Both the position numbers and the translations under genes were made by a program. Positions 32,234 to 42,032 of a stretch of DNA of 64,000 nucleotides are shown here, piece after piece. The DNA is taken from assembly GCA_963776345.1 (NCBI GenBank), contig CAVZMH010000022.1, positions 480,001 through 544,000 of the forward strand. The letters are read 5' to 3'. The notes below the pieces were generated by a model. That model did no database searches, was not told the DNA's origin, and worked only from the letters and a program-made list of their open reading frames with translations. This DNA comes from an uncultured delta proteobacterium (lineage in GTDB: Bacteria > Myxococcota > Myxococcia > Myxococcales > Myxococcaceae). Each line of letters begins with the position of its first letter. Position 1 is the stretch's first letter.

Positions 32234-33577
32234 ATGCAGGAGCAGCGGTACGTCGCACGCAGCCCGATGCCCGTACCCGCGCGCACGCTCTTCGACTGGC
32301 ACGCGCGCCCGGGCGCGTTCGAGCGACTCACCCCGCCGTTCGACCGGGTCGAGGTCCTCGAGCGCTCGGGGGGCATCCAGCCCGGTGCGCGCACCGTCCT
32401 CCGGGTCCACGTCGGGCCGGTCCCCCGCCGCTGGGTCGCGGTGCACACCTCGCTGGAGGACGGCCGCTCCTTCACCGATCGGCAGGAGTCCGGCCCGTTC
32501 ACCCGCTGGGAGCAGACGCACCGGATGCTCCCCGACGGCGAGGCCCGCTCCATCCTGGAGGACGAGGTGCGGTATGCGCTCCCGCTCGGTCTGCTCGGCC
32601 GGCTGGGCGCGGGCATCGCCCGGGAGAAGATCGAGGCGCTCTTCGCCTACCGCCACGCCCTCACCGCCGCCGACCTCGCCCGCCACGCCGAGCTGCCGGG
32701 CCCGCCCCTCCAGGTCGGCATCACCGGCTCGCACGGGCTCATCGGGAACGCGCTCACCCACTTCCTCACCGCCGGCGGTCACACCGTGGTCCGGCTCGGC
32801 CGCGGCGACCAGGCGGCCCTCGTGGACGGGCTCGACGCGGTGGTCAACCTCGCCGGAGCCAACGTCGGCGAGGGCCGGTGGACCGAGGCCAGGAAGCGCG
32901 AGCTCCGCGAGAGCCGCGTCCGCACCACCGAGGCCGTCGTCTCGGGCATCCTCCGCGCCTCGCGCCGGCCGTCGGTGCTGATCAACGGGTCCGCCATGGG
33001 CTACTACGGCGACCGCGGGGACACGCCCATCGACGAGTCCTCGCCCCGTGGCACCGGCTTCCTGGCCGAGGTGGTCGAGGCGTGGGAGGCGGCGACCCGG
33101 CCCGCGGAGGAGGCGGGCGTGCGGGTGGTGAAGCTCCGCACCGGGGTGGTGCTCAGCCCGGATGCGGGGGCACTCGCCAAGATGCTCCCCATCTTCAAGG
33201 CCGGCGCGGGCGGGCGGCTCGGCTCGGGCAAGCAGGTGTTCAGCTGGATCTCGCTCGAGGACGTGATCGGCGCGCTCCACTTCGCGCTGCGCACCGGCTC
33301 GCTCCACGGCGTGGCGAACCTCACCGCCCCCGAGCCGGTCACCAACGCCGGATTCACCCACGTGCTCGGGCGGGTGCTTCATCGGCCGACGGTCGCCGCC
33401 GTCCCCGCGGGCATCATCCGCACCGTGTTCGGTGAGATGGGGCAGGAGTCGGTCCTCTCGGGCGCCAACGTCGTTCCTCGCGCCCTGCTCGACGCCGGGT
33501 TCCGGTTCCGCTGGCCGGGGCTGGAGGACGCACTCCGGTTCTGTCTGGGCAAGGTGCGGCTCCCCAGCGCCGCGTAG
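32234..33577 (+). CDS. TIGR01777 family oxidoreductase with N-terminal SRPBCC/cyclase domain
   Basis: WHARPGAFERLTPP, GPFTRWEQTH; TGSHGLIG, VNLAGANV, SAMGYYG, LRTGVVL; GGAGG RBS. Confidence 0.92.
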   Translation: MQEQRYVARSPMPVPARTLFDWHARPGAFERLTPPFDRVEVLERSGGIQPGARTVLRVHVGPVPRRWVAVHTSLEDGRSFTDRQESGPFTRWEQTHRMLPDGEARSILEDEVRYALPLGLLGRLGAGIAREKIEALFAYRHALTAADLARHAELPGPPLQVGITGSHGLIGNALTHFLTAGGHTVVRLGRGDQAALVDGLDAVVNLAGANVGEGRWTEARKRELRESRVRTTEAVVSGILRASRRPSVLINGSAMGYYGDRGDTPIDESSPRGTGFLAEVVEAWEAATRPAEEAGVRVVKLRTGVVLSPDAGALAKMLPIFKAGAGGRLGSGKQVFSWISLEDVIGALHFALRTGSLHGVANLTAPEPVTNAGFTHVLGRVLHRPTVAAVPAGIIRTVFGEMGQESVLSGANVVPRALLDAGFRFRWPGLEDALRFCLGKVRLPSAA

Positions 33578-33640
33578 ACAGGGGAAACGCCATCCACCCT
33601 TGACCGGGGGCCCGGTGCCTGGGAAAGAAGGCGCCCCCTG

Positions 33641-34577
33641 ATGATCCAGGTCGAGCAGCTCTCCAAGTACTACGGAGCACGGGCGGCCATCCGGAACCTG
33701 TCGTTCCGCATCGACTCGGGCGAGGTGGTGGGCTTCCTGGGCCTCAACGGCGCGGGGAAGACCACCACCTTGCGAATCCTCGGCTGCGTGCTCCTGCCCA
33801 CCTCGGGCACGGTGCGGCTCGACGGGCAAGATTCTGATGTCCGCGCCGAGACAGCTCAAGGCGCGCATCGGCTATCTGCCCGAGGAGCCGCCGCTCTACC
33901 AGGACATGGGCGTCGGCGAGTACCTCGCCTTCGTGGCCGGGCTGCGCGGGGTCGAGCCGGGCCGCGTCCGCGCGCGGGTGGTGGAGACCGAGGAGCGCAC
34001 CGGGCTCGCCGCCTTCGACCGGGAGCGCATCTCCACCCTCAGCCATGGCTACCGCCAGCGCGTCGGGGTCGCCCAGGCGCTGGTGCACGGGCCCGAGCTG
34101 CTCCTGCTCGACGAGCCGGCCAACGGGCTCGACCCGGTGCAGAACGTCGAGATGCGCGCGCTGATCCGCAGCCTGCGAGGGGACCACACCGTCCTGGTCT
34201 CGAGCCACATCCTCCCGGAGATTGCCCAGACCTGCGACCGCCTCCTGGTCATCCGCGACGGCGAGCTGGTGGCGCAGGGGAGCGAGGCCGAGCTCGAGGA
34301 GCGGCTGGGGGTCGGCACCGGCGTCGAGCTGGAGATCGCCGGGCCGGTCGAGGCGGTCGCCGCGGCGCTCCGTGCCCTTCCCGGCGTGCGCGGGGTCGGC
34401 GTCCAGCCTGCGCCAGGGGGCCACGCGGTGCTCCGCGTCGAGGCGCCCGATGCGCTCCGGCCCGCGCTGGCCCAGGCGGCGCTGGGGGCCGGCGCCCAGC
34501 TCTTCCGGCTCGACGTCTCGGCGGACCGGCTGGAGTCGCTCTTCCTCAAGCTCGCCGGCCGGGGGGGCGCGGCATGA
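33641..34577 (+). CDS. ABC transporter ATP-binding protein (GldA-like), frameshift at ~33832
   Basis: Walker A GLNGAGKTT in frame 1; LSHGYRQR, LLLDEP, SSH in frame 2. Confidence 0.9.
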
Positions 34578-35296
34578 GCCCCGTTCTCCTCATCGCCCGG
34601 CGCGAGCTGCGCGGCTACCTGCGCACCATGACCGGGTGGATCATCGCCGCGTCGGTGCTGCTCATCGACGGGCTCCTGTTCAACGCCTTTGCCCTGGAGG
34701 GCGCGCGGCGCTCCACCGAGGTGCTGACGCGGTTCTTCTACCTCGCGTCCGGCCCGGCCATGGTCGCCGCCATCTTCCTCGCCATGCGCCTGCTCGCCGA
34801 GGAGCGGCAGCTGGGGACGCTGGCGCTGCTCTACGCCTCGCCGGTCCGTGACTGGGACATCGTGCTCGGGAAGTTCCTCGGGGCGCTGGCGTTCCTCTCC
34901 GGCCTCACGCTCCTCACCCTGTACATGCCGCTGCTCATCCTGGTGCACGGGCACATCTCGGTGGGGCACCTCGTGGCGGGCTACCTCGGGCTGCTCCTGC
35001 TCGGGGCGGCCTCCCTCGGCCTCGGGACGCTCGGGTCCTCGCTCGCCCGCACCCAGGTGGTGTCGGCCATCCTCGGGGCGGCGCTGCTGGTCTCGATGCT
35101 GGTGGCCTGGCTGCTCGCGGCGGTGACCGAGCCGCCGTTCTCCGGCCTCTTCGCCGCGCTCGCGCTGCACAACGCGCACTTCCCGCCGTTCCAGTCGGGG
35201 CAGGTGCACCTGCGCGACGTGGCCTATTACCTCCTCGTCACCTGGGTGGCGCTGTTCGCCACCACCCGGGTGCTCGAGGCGCGGCGGTGGCGATGA
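34574..35296 (+). CDS. ABC-2 permease (GldF-like)
   Basis: IARRELRGYL, MRLLAEERQLGTL..L..SPV..IVLGKF; 6 TMs; ATGA overlap. Confidence 0.9.
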   Translation: MSPVLLIARRELRGYLRTMTGWIIAASVLLIDGLLFNAFALEGARRSTEVLTRFFYLASGPAMVAAIFLAMRLLAEERQLGTLALLYASPVRDWDIVLGKFLGALAFLSGLTLLTLYMPLLILVHGHISVGHLVAGYLGLLLLGAASLGLGTLGSSLARTQVVSAILGAALLVSMLVAWLLAAVTEPPFSGLFAALALHNAHFPPFQSGQVHLRDVAYYLLVTWVALFATTRVLEARRWR

Positions 35297-37116
35297 ACGC
35301 CAGGAGCCTCCTCCTCACCGCGGCCACGGTGCTCGGGCTGTTGGCGGTCTTCCTCGCCGAGCGGGTGGTGGGCGCGGGCCCGGTCCGCCCCCTCCTGGAC
35401 GTGCTCGGGGTCCTGGCCGTCGCCGCCGCCGCCGTCGTCCGGTGGAACCGGTCGGCGCTGTCGGCGGCCGCGCCCCGGGCGCGCGTCGAGCGCGTGTTCG
35501 CCGTGCTCTCCACGCTGGCGGTGCTGGCCGTCGTCGCCTGGTTCGCCCAGTCCGAGGTGGTGCTCGCCGCGGGCGGGCCGGACGTCCACAAGAGCGCCCC
35601 CCGGGTGGCGACGGCGCTCCAGATCCTCACCGCGCTCCTGGGCGCGTCGGCCGTGCTTCCGCTCCTCCTCGGCGAGCTGGCGTACGCCGCGATGTCCCGC
35701 GCGCCCGAGGTCGAGGTGGCGCGGGTGCAGGACGCGGTGGGGACCGGGGTGGCGCTGGTCTCGGTGCTCACCGCCGCGCTCGCCCTCGGCTGGGTGGCCG
35801 ACGCCCGCGACGTCTCCCTGGACTGGAGCTTCTTCCGCCCGGGTCGCGCGAGCGACTCGACCCGCGGGCTGGTCCGCGGCCTGACCGAGCCGGTGACCCT
35901 GACCCTCTTCTATCCGCCGGGCTCCGAGGTGGGCGCGGCGGTGCGCGACTACGCCACGTCGCTGGCGACGGAGAGCCCGCTGCTCCGCGTCGAGCGCCTG
36001 GATGCGGCGGTGGACCTTGCCCGGGCCCGGGCGCTCGGGGTGAACGGGAACGGCGCCATCGCGGTGAGCCGCGGCGAGCGCCACGAGACCTACCTCACCG
36101 GCACCAGCCTGGACACGTCGAGGAGCCAGCTCCGCGAGCTGGACCCCGAGGTGCAGCGCCGCCTCTACCAGGTGGCCCGGGCGGCCCGGATCATCTACCT
36201 CACCACCGGTCACGGCGAGCGCGCGGCGCTGAACGCCGACCTCTCCGACGCCCGGGGGACGGTGCGGATGTTCCAGGAGCTGCTCCGGGCCCAGAACGAC
36301 GAGGTCCGTCCGCTCGGCGCCGCGCAGGGACTGGCCAGCGACGTGCCGCGCGACGCGGGCGCGGTGCTGGTCCTCGGTCCCACCTCGCCCTTCCTCCGCG
36401 AGGAGGTCGAGGCGCTCGTCCGGTACCTGCGCGGGGGCGGCCGGCTCCTGGTCGCGCTCGACCCCGAGTCCGGCTCGCAGTTCGACGCGCTGCTGCAGCC
36501 GCTGGGCGTGAAGTTCATCCCCACCCCGCTGGCGAACGACCGCGTGTACCTGGCACGCACCCACCAGCCGAGCGACCGCGGGCAGCTGGTGACGGCGAGC
36601 TTCGGGCCGCACGCCAGCGTCGGCACCCTGGTCCGGGCGAGCGGCAGGCTTCCCCTCTTCCTCCTCGGAACGGGCTCGCTCGAGCTCCTCACCCAGAAGC
36701 CGGCAGGGGTGAACGTCGTCTTCACCGTCACCACGCTGCCCGAGACGTTCCGCGACCTGGACGGCAACTTCCTCTTCGACCCGAGGAACGAGAAGCGGAA
36801 GGCCTGGGACGTGGCCGCGGCCATCACCCTGCCGAAGAAGGGCGCCGACGAGGGACGGGCGGTGGTGGTGGCCGACTCCGACGCCTTCACCGATCTGGCC
36901 CTCGACGCGAGCAGCGGGAACCGCGCCTTCGCGGTGGACGGCGTGCGCTGGCTCCTCGGGGAAGAGTCGCTCGGCGCGCCGGGCGGCGAGATCGACTTCC
37001 CCATCCAGCACACCCGCGGACAGGAGGTGGCCTGGTTCTACGTCACCGTCTTCGTGGCGCCGCTCGCGGTCCTCGGAGCGGGGCTCTGGGTCACCCGGCG
37101 GAGGAAGGCGCCGTGA
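35293..37116 (+). CDS. GldG-like ABC-type auxiliary protein
   Basis: N-terminal TMs, IYLTTGHGE, VLVLGPT, YLRGGGRLLVALDP, VVVADSD, C-terminal TM. Confidence 0.85.
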   Translation: MNARSLLLTAATVLGLLAVFLAERVVGAGPVRPLLDVLGVLAVAAAAVVRWNRSALSAAAPRARVERVFAVLSTLAVLAVVAWFAQSEVVLAAGGPDVHKSAPRVATALQILTALLGASAVLPLLLGELAYAAMSRAPEVEVARVQDAVGTGVALVSVLTAALALGWVADARDVSLDWSFFRPGRASDSTRGLVRGLTEPVTLTLFYPPGSEVGAAVRDYATSLATESPLLRVERLDAAVDLARARALGVNGNGAIAVSRGERHETYLTGTSLDTSRSQLRELDPEVQRRLYQVARAARIIYLTTGHGERAALNADLSDARGTVRMFQELLRAQNDEVRPLGAAQGLASDVPRDAGAVLVLGPTSPFLREEVEALVRYLRGGGRLLVALDPESGSQFDALLQPLGVKFIPTPLANDRVYLARTHQPSDRGQLVTASFGPHASVGTLVRASGRLPLFLLGTGSLELLTQKPAGVNVVFTVTTLPETFRDLDGNFLFDPRNEKRKAWDVAAAITLPKKGADEGRAVVVADSDAFTDLALDASSGNRAFAVDGVRWLLGEESLGAPGGEIDFPIQHTRGQEVAWFYVTVFVAPLAVLGAGLWVTRRRKAP

Positions 37117-38243
37117 GAGGGCGCCCGGTCCTCGTCCAGGCCGCGATCGCCGCGGGGGCGCTGGCGCTCGCCGCGGTGGTGTGGACCCGGCCACCGCCCC
37201 AGGGCGCGCCCGGCGAGGTGCCGGTGGCGCCCCTGGCCCGCGGCGAGGTCAAGGCGGTGCACTGGGATGACGGCTCGCACCAGGTGGACGTCTTCCGCGC
37301 CTCGGACACCGACCGCACGGTGTGGGTGCGCATCGCCACCAGCCCCTCGCTCCAGGCGCCGGACGCCGGCGTCGCGGCCGACGCCGGGATGACCGCCGAC
37401 GCCGGTCCGGCCGCCTCCACCACGAGCATCCGGGCCGACGCCGGGATGCGCGGCCGCGCCGACGGTGGGCTCTCCGACGTGCTCCGCGCCATCAAGGAGG
37501 CGCCGCCCCCGCCCGAGCGCGAGCTCCGCGGGAACGAGACCGCCGAGCAGCTCCTCGACCGGGCCTCGCCCCCGATGGCCACCCGCGACCTGGGCATCGC
37601 CACGGCCGAGCGCCGCACCGAGCTCGGGCTCGAGGCCTCCAGCAAGCGGCTCCGGCTGGCCACCACCCCCGGGCTCCCGCTCCCCGGTCAGTCGCTGGAG
37701 TTCGTCGTCTCCACCCCGCCCGGCGCCGCGGGCGCGTACCTCCTCGCGCCGGACAACCACCTGTGGCTCATCCAGGAGTCGCTGGTGCAGGACCTCTCGG
37801 CGGCGGCGAGCCGGCTGGTGGACCGGCGCCTCCATGCGTTCCGTTCCGACGAGCCGGACGCCCTGCAGCTCCAGCTCGACGGAGCCACCCGGGACTTCAT
37901 CGTCCGCAAGGCGCAGGGCTCCACCCGGGTGGCGCCGGCCGAGAACCCCGACGCGCCGAGCCCCGAGGCGACCGCCTGGGCTGACCGGGCGTGGAGGCTC
38001 GCGCCCATCGAGGCGCTCGGACGGGGCGAGACGCCGCGCGAGGGCACGCCCGCCGTCGCCCTGCGCGTCGACTACAGCCGCGACCGGAAGCCGCTGGGGT
38101 TCCTCGAGCTGGGCCGCGCCGGGACCGAGTGGTTCGCGCGGAGTGAGCACACCGCCGGGTGGATGCGCCTCGCCGCCCAGGCCGGCGCGCTGCGCGAGCA
38201 GGCGGAGCGGCTCGAGGCCGGCGCCCCGCCCGTCCCCCGCTAG
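37113..38243 (+). CDS. DUF4340-like membrane-anchored periplasmic protein
   Basis: GTGA overlap with the GldG-like gene; N-terminal TM; ELGLE; LVDRRL; ARSEHT..W. Confidence 0.65.
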   Translation: MRGRPVLVQAAIAAGALALAAVVWTRPPPQGAPGEVPVAPLARGEVKAVHWDDGSHQVDVFRASDTDRTVWVRIATSPSLQAPDAGVAADAGMTADAGPAASTTSIRADAGMRGRADGGLSDVLRAIKEAPPPPERELRGNETAEQLLDRASPPMATRDLGIATAERRTELGLEASSKRLRLATTPGLPLPGQSLEFVVSTPPGAAGAYLLAPDNHLWLIQESLVQDLSAAASRLVDRRLHAFRSDEPDALQLQLDGATRDFIVRKAQGSTRVAPAENPDAPSPEATAWADRAWRLAPIEALGRGETPREGTPAVALRVDYSRDRKPLGFLELGRAGTEWFARSEHTAGWMRLAAQAGALREQAERLEAGAPPVPR

Positions 38244-38369
38244 CGGGGCACCCCGGTCCCCCCAAGGTTTGCACTTCTTCACCGGAGCCCCGGAGGTCCC
38301 TTCACAGCCCCCGCTTACCTCTGCTCCCGCGGGGCGGCGATCCGGCCGCCCGTTGACTGGAGAACGACG

Positions 38370-38864
38370 ATGTGGGGTTTCCTGGTGGGCGCGGTCTGTC
38401 TCTACGGCCTCGCCCGGACGATGCGCGGCGGGGGCTGGGCCTACGCCCACGGTCCCGGCCACTGGGGCCGCCGCCGCTGGGGCGGGTGGCGACACGACGG
38501 CTGGGACGGGCCGGGCCGCCCGGGCGGACGGGGGCCGCTGCGCTGGCTCTTCGAGCGCATCGACACCTCGCCCGGGCAGGAGAAGGTGATCGCCGAGGCG
38601 GCGGACGCGCTCCGGGGCACGATGCGCGGCTGGCACGACGACGCCGAGCGGATGCGGTCCGACGTGGCGCGGAGCATCCGCGGCGAGACCTTCGACCTCG
38701 CGGCGCTCGAGGAGGCGTTCGCCCGGGCGGAGGCGCGGCTGGCGACGGTGCGGGAGACGCTCCGCGGACAGGCGGCGCGGGTCCACGAGGCGCTCGACAC
38801 CCGGCAGCGGGCCGAGCTGGCGGACCTGCTCGCCTCCGGCTGGCGCCGGCGCTGGAACGGGTGA
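38370..38864 (+). CDS. Spy/CpxP/ZraP-like helical accessory protein
   Basis: GGAG RBS; WLFERIDTSPGQEKVI and HEALDTRQRAELADL (LTxxQ-like); upstream of a two-component pair. Confidence 0.75.
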   Translation: MWGFLVGAVCLYGLARTMRGGGWAYAHGPGHWGRRRWGGWRHDGWDGPGRPGGRGPLRWLFERIDTSPGQEKVIAEAADALRGTMRGWHDDAERMRSDVARSIRGETFDLAALEEAFARAEARLATVRETLRGQAARVHEALDTRQRAELADLLASGWRRRWNG

Positions 38865-38876
38865 GGAGGAATCGCC

Positions 38877-39080
38877 ATGCGACGTGACCTCCGCATCGCG
38901 CTCCTCGCCGCCGGCGTGGTCGTCGGCTTCGGTTCGGGGTTCCACCATCTCCGGATGCGAAGCTGGGAGCGGCGGCTGGCCTGGGAGCGGCACGTGGCCG
39001 GGCTGTGCGTCGACGCGGCCCGGGGGGCGCCCGCTCGTCCCTCTCCCTTCATGCCGCCCGGCGACCAGCCCGTGCGCTGA
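38877..39080 (+). CDS. Small membrane protein (67 aa)
   Basis: GAGGAGG RBS; TM IALLAAGVVVGFGSG; WERHVAGLCVDAA. Confidence 0.7.
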   Translation: MRRDLRIALLAAGVVVGFGSGFHHLRMRSWERRLAWERHVAGLCVDAARGAPARPSPFMPPGDQPVR

Positions 39081-39098
39081 TAGAGTCCGCCGCGCGCC

Positions 39099-39782
39099 AT
39101 GTCCGTCCGGGTGCTGTGCATCGACGACGACCGACGGCTCCAGGAGTTGCTGGTGAGCTGGCTCGGACAGAACGGCGTCCAGGTGACGCCGGCCTACGAC
39201 GGCCAGAGCGGCATCCAGGCGCTGGACACCTCGGCCTTCGACGCCGTGCTCCTGGACGTGATGCTCCCGGGCATGGACGGGCTGGAGGTGCTCCGGCGCA
39301 TCCGCACCAGGAGCCGGGTGCCGATCCTCATGCTGACCGCCAAGGGCGACGAGACGGATCGGGTGGTGGGCCTGGAGATCGGCGCCGACGACTACGTCCC
39401 CAAGCCGTTCAGCCCGCGCGAGCTCCTGGCCCGGCTCCGCGCGGTGCTCCGCCGGAGCGCCCCCGAGGCGGTGAGCGAGAAGCTGGCGGTGGCGGACGTG
39501 CAGGTGGACGTCGGGGCCAGGCAGGTGACGGTGGAGGGCAAGCCCATCGACCTCACCGGGCTCGAGTTCGACATCCTGGTGGCGCTGATGCGGCGGGCGG
39601 GCCGGGTGATTCCCCGGGACGCGCTCCTCGCCGAGGCGGGCCGGAGCGACGTGGTGGTCGGCGAGCGGACGGTGGACGTCCACATCTCGCACCTCAGAGC
39701 GAAGCTCGGCGACGACCCGCGCTCTCCCCGTCGCATCAAGACGGTGCGCGGCGTGGGCTACGTGCTCAGCCGGGAGCAGTAG
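39099..39782 (+). CDS. OmpR-family response regulator
   Basis: IDDD, LLDVMLP, LTAKG, GADDYVPKPF, RTVDVHISHLR, KTVRGVGY. Confidence 0.96.
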   Translation: MSVRVLCIDDDRRLQELLVSWLGQNGVQVTPAYDGQSGIQALDTSAFDAVLLDVMLPGMDGLEVLRRIRTRSRVPILMLTAKGDETDRVVGLEIGADDYVPKPFSPRELLARLRAVLRRSAPEAVSEKLAVADVQVDVGARQVTVEGKPIDLTGLEFDILVALMRRAGRVIPRDALLAEAGRSDVVVGERTVDVHISHLRAKLGDDPRSPRRIKTVRGVGYVLSREQ

Positions 39783-39784
39783 GC

Positions 39785-41104
39785 GTGGTCCCGCCCTGTC
39801 ATCCCTGGCACCGCCGGCGCTGGCCCGACTTCACGCTCTGGCGCAACCGCGCCCGGATGCAGCGGCGGCTGTTCGTCTGGTTCGGCGTCTCCATCCTGGT
39901 CACCGCCTTCGTGGTCTCGGCGGTCACCGCCGGCATCGAGCGGCTGCGCGGGCCCTCGGCGCGCGCGCAGTGGGAGAACGTCCAGGCGCTCATCGGGGCG
40001 CAGGCGGCGCGGGTGTGGAGCGATCCGGGCGAGCGGAGGGCCTGGGCCTCCGAGCTCTCGCAGCAGCTCGGCTGGGCGGTGGAGCTCGAGGACGCCCTCG
40101 GCAAGGAGCTCGGCCGGTTCGGGCCGCCGGCGCACGGCTGGATGGCGAGCGCGCCGGTGGTACGGGACGGGGTGACGGTGGGCACGGTGCGGGTGCAGCC
40201 CTGGCCCCACGGAGGCCGCGGCGGCTGGACCGCGCTCCTCGCCCTGGGGGTGGTGCTGGCGATGCTCTGGGCGATGTCGGGGCGGATCGCCTGGAAGCTG
40301 GCCTGGCCGCTGGAGGAGCTGACCCGCGTGGCCCGCGACCTGGGCGAGGGTCGGCTCCAGAGCCGCTTCGACGTGCGGCACGCCCGCGGCGAGGTGCGGT
40401 CGCTCGCCGAGGTGATGAACGGAATGGCCGAGCGCATCGAGCGGCAGCTGAAGGAGCAGCGGGAGCTCCTGGCCGCAGTGAGCCACGAGCTCCGCACCCC
40501 GCTTGCCCGGGTCCGCCTGCTCCTGGAGCTCGGGCGCGGCGGTGACGCCTCGGTGCTGGACCAGCTCGAGCACGAGGTGCTGGAGATGGACGCGCTGGTC
40601 GGCGAGCTGCTCGCCTCGGCCCGGCTCGACTTCAGCGCCATGGCCCGGCTTCCGCTGGACGCCGGCGACCTCGGCGCCCGCGCGCTGGAGCGTGCGGCGC
40701 TGCCGCCGGCGCTGCTCGAGCTCCAGTCCGGCCCGCTGTCGCTCGAGGGCGACCCCACGCTGCTCCAGCGCGCCCTGTCCAACCTCCTGGAGAATGCACG
40801 GGTGCACGGCGGCGGCGTCACCCGGCTCCGGGTGGACGGGCCCGACGGCGTGGTGCGCTTCTCGGTGGAGGACGCCGGCCCCGGGCTCTCCGACGCCGGC
40901 GACCGCGCCTTCCATCCCTTCCAGCGCGGCGAGACCAGCGACGGGCTGGGGCTCGGGCTGGCGCTGGTGCGGCGGATCGCCGAGGCGCACGGCGGAAGCG
41001 CCTTCGCCGAGAATCGCGCCGAGGGCGGCGCCCGCGTCGGCTTCACCGTCCGCGCACCGTCCGGGCGCGCCGCGGTCAGGGCTCCTCGAGCGTCCCCGGG
41101 GTGA
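39785..41104 (+). CDS. HAMP-domain sensor histidine kinase
   Basis: 2 TMs, HAMP, SHELRTPL, NLLENA, DAGPG, GLGLGL; start may be ATG 39857. Confidence 0.93.
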   Translation: MVPPCHPWHRRRWPDFTLWRNRARMQRRLFVWFGVSILVTAFVVSAVTAGIERLRGPSARAQWENVQALIGAQAARVWSDPGERRAWASELSQQLGWAVELEDALGKELGRFGPPAHGWMASAPVVRDGVTVGTVRVQPWPHGGRGGWTALLALGVVLAMLWAMSGRIAWKLAWPLEELTRVARDLGEGRLQSRFDVRHARGEVRSLAEVMNGMAERIERQLKEQRELLAAVSHELRTPLARVRLLLELGRGGDASVLDQLEHEVLEMDALVGELLASARLDFSAMARLPLDAGDLGARALERAALPPALLELQSGPLSLEGDPTLLQRALSNLLENARVHGGGVTRLRVDGPDGVVRFSVEDAGPGLSDAGDRAFHPFQRGETSDGLGLGLALVRRIAEAHGGSAFAENRAEGGARVGFTVRAPSGRAAVRAPRASPG

Positions 41105-42032
41105 ACGTCAGCCCGTCAGAAGCCCGGAGAGATTCCCCGGCGACCCTCGAGGGCGCGCTCACCCGCTCCACCAGCGTCGCCGCCAGCCGCGTCCCTGCGA
41201 CCTGGGAGGCGAGGCGGATCCACAGCACGACCTGCCCGGCGCCGAGCGCGAGGAGCGCGAGACCGGCGCTGCCCTCGGGGAGCGAGGCCCGGGCGCGGGC
41301 CGCCAGGAGCACCACCAGCGTGGCGACTCCGCCGAGGGCGGCGTAGGCCAGCACGGCCAGCGGGGAGGCCAGGACCAGCCGCACGGCGCGCCAGGCGGCC
41401 CGGCGCGTGGCCCGCTCGTCGTCCCGGAAGAGCAGCACCCGGCCGACGTCGAGGGTGAGCCTCCACAGCGCCAGCGCCAGCGCCACCACGCCCAGGTGGA
41501 GGATGCTCCAGCCGCCGAGGAGACGGCCGAAGGCCCACGTCTCCTCGGGCACGGTGAACACCGTCGGCAGCCCGAGCGCGCGCATGAGGAGCGCGAGTCC
41601 CGCGGGCACCAGCGCCGCCACCGCGAGGAGCCCGAGCAGCCAGAGGTACAGGCGCGCGTTGCGCCCGAGGAGCCGCCCCGACTGGCCGAAGAAGGCTCCG
41701 AGCCGGAATGGCCCGCCCGCGCAGGTCCGCCACACCACCCCGCCGGCGAGGAACGTCTGGAGCACGACCAGGAGCAGGAGCGGGGCGGCGACGGACGGCG
41801 TTCCTCCGCGATCGATCACCGTGCCGAGGCCGAGGAGCAGCTCGAACGACAGGAGCGGCTTGCCCGCAGCCCGTGGGGCATGGCCGAGCGCCGCGAGGAC
41901 GGGGGCGATCATCGGGGCGACCATCAGGCCCGCGACCAGCCAGTTGGCCCAGAGCAGCACCGCCACCGTCCGCCACTCGCGGAACCCCACGCCGACCGCC
42001 TCCAGCGCTGCCGCCCCGCGCGTGCGGCTCAC
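41076..42032 (-). CDS. Multi-pass membrane protein (hypothetical)
   Basis: About 6 hydrophobic helices; GTGA overlap with the M1 peptidase stop. Confidence 0.75.
   Translation of the reverse strand: MSRTRGAAALEAVGVGFREWRTVAVLLWANWLVAGLMVAPMIAPVLAALGHAPRAAGKPLLSFELLLGLGTVIDRGGTPSVAAPLLLLVVLQTFLAGGVVWRTCAGGPFRLGAFFGQSGRLLGRNARLYLWLLGLLAVAALVPAGLALLMRALGLPTVFTVPEETWAFGRLLGGWSILHLGVVALALALWRLTLDVGRVLLFRDDERATRRAAWRAVRLVLASPLAVLAYAALGGVATLVVLLAARARASLPEGSAGLALLALGAGQVVLWIRLASQVAGTRLAATLVERVSAPSRVAGESLRASDGLTFTPGTLEEP

Noticed and set aside
33641..35296. 551-aa ORF fusing ABC ATPase and permease
   Set aside because: Frameshift at ~33832. The ATPase signature and Walker B are in the other frame, and the permease has its own ATG at 34574.
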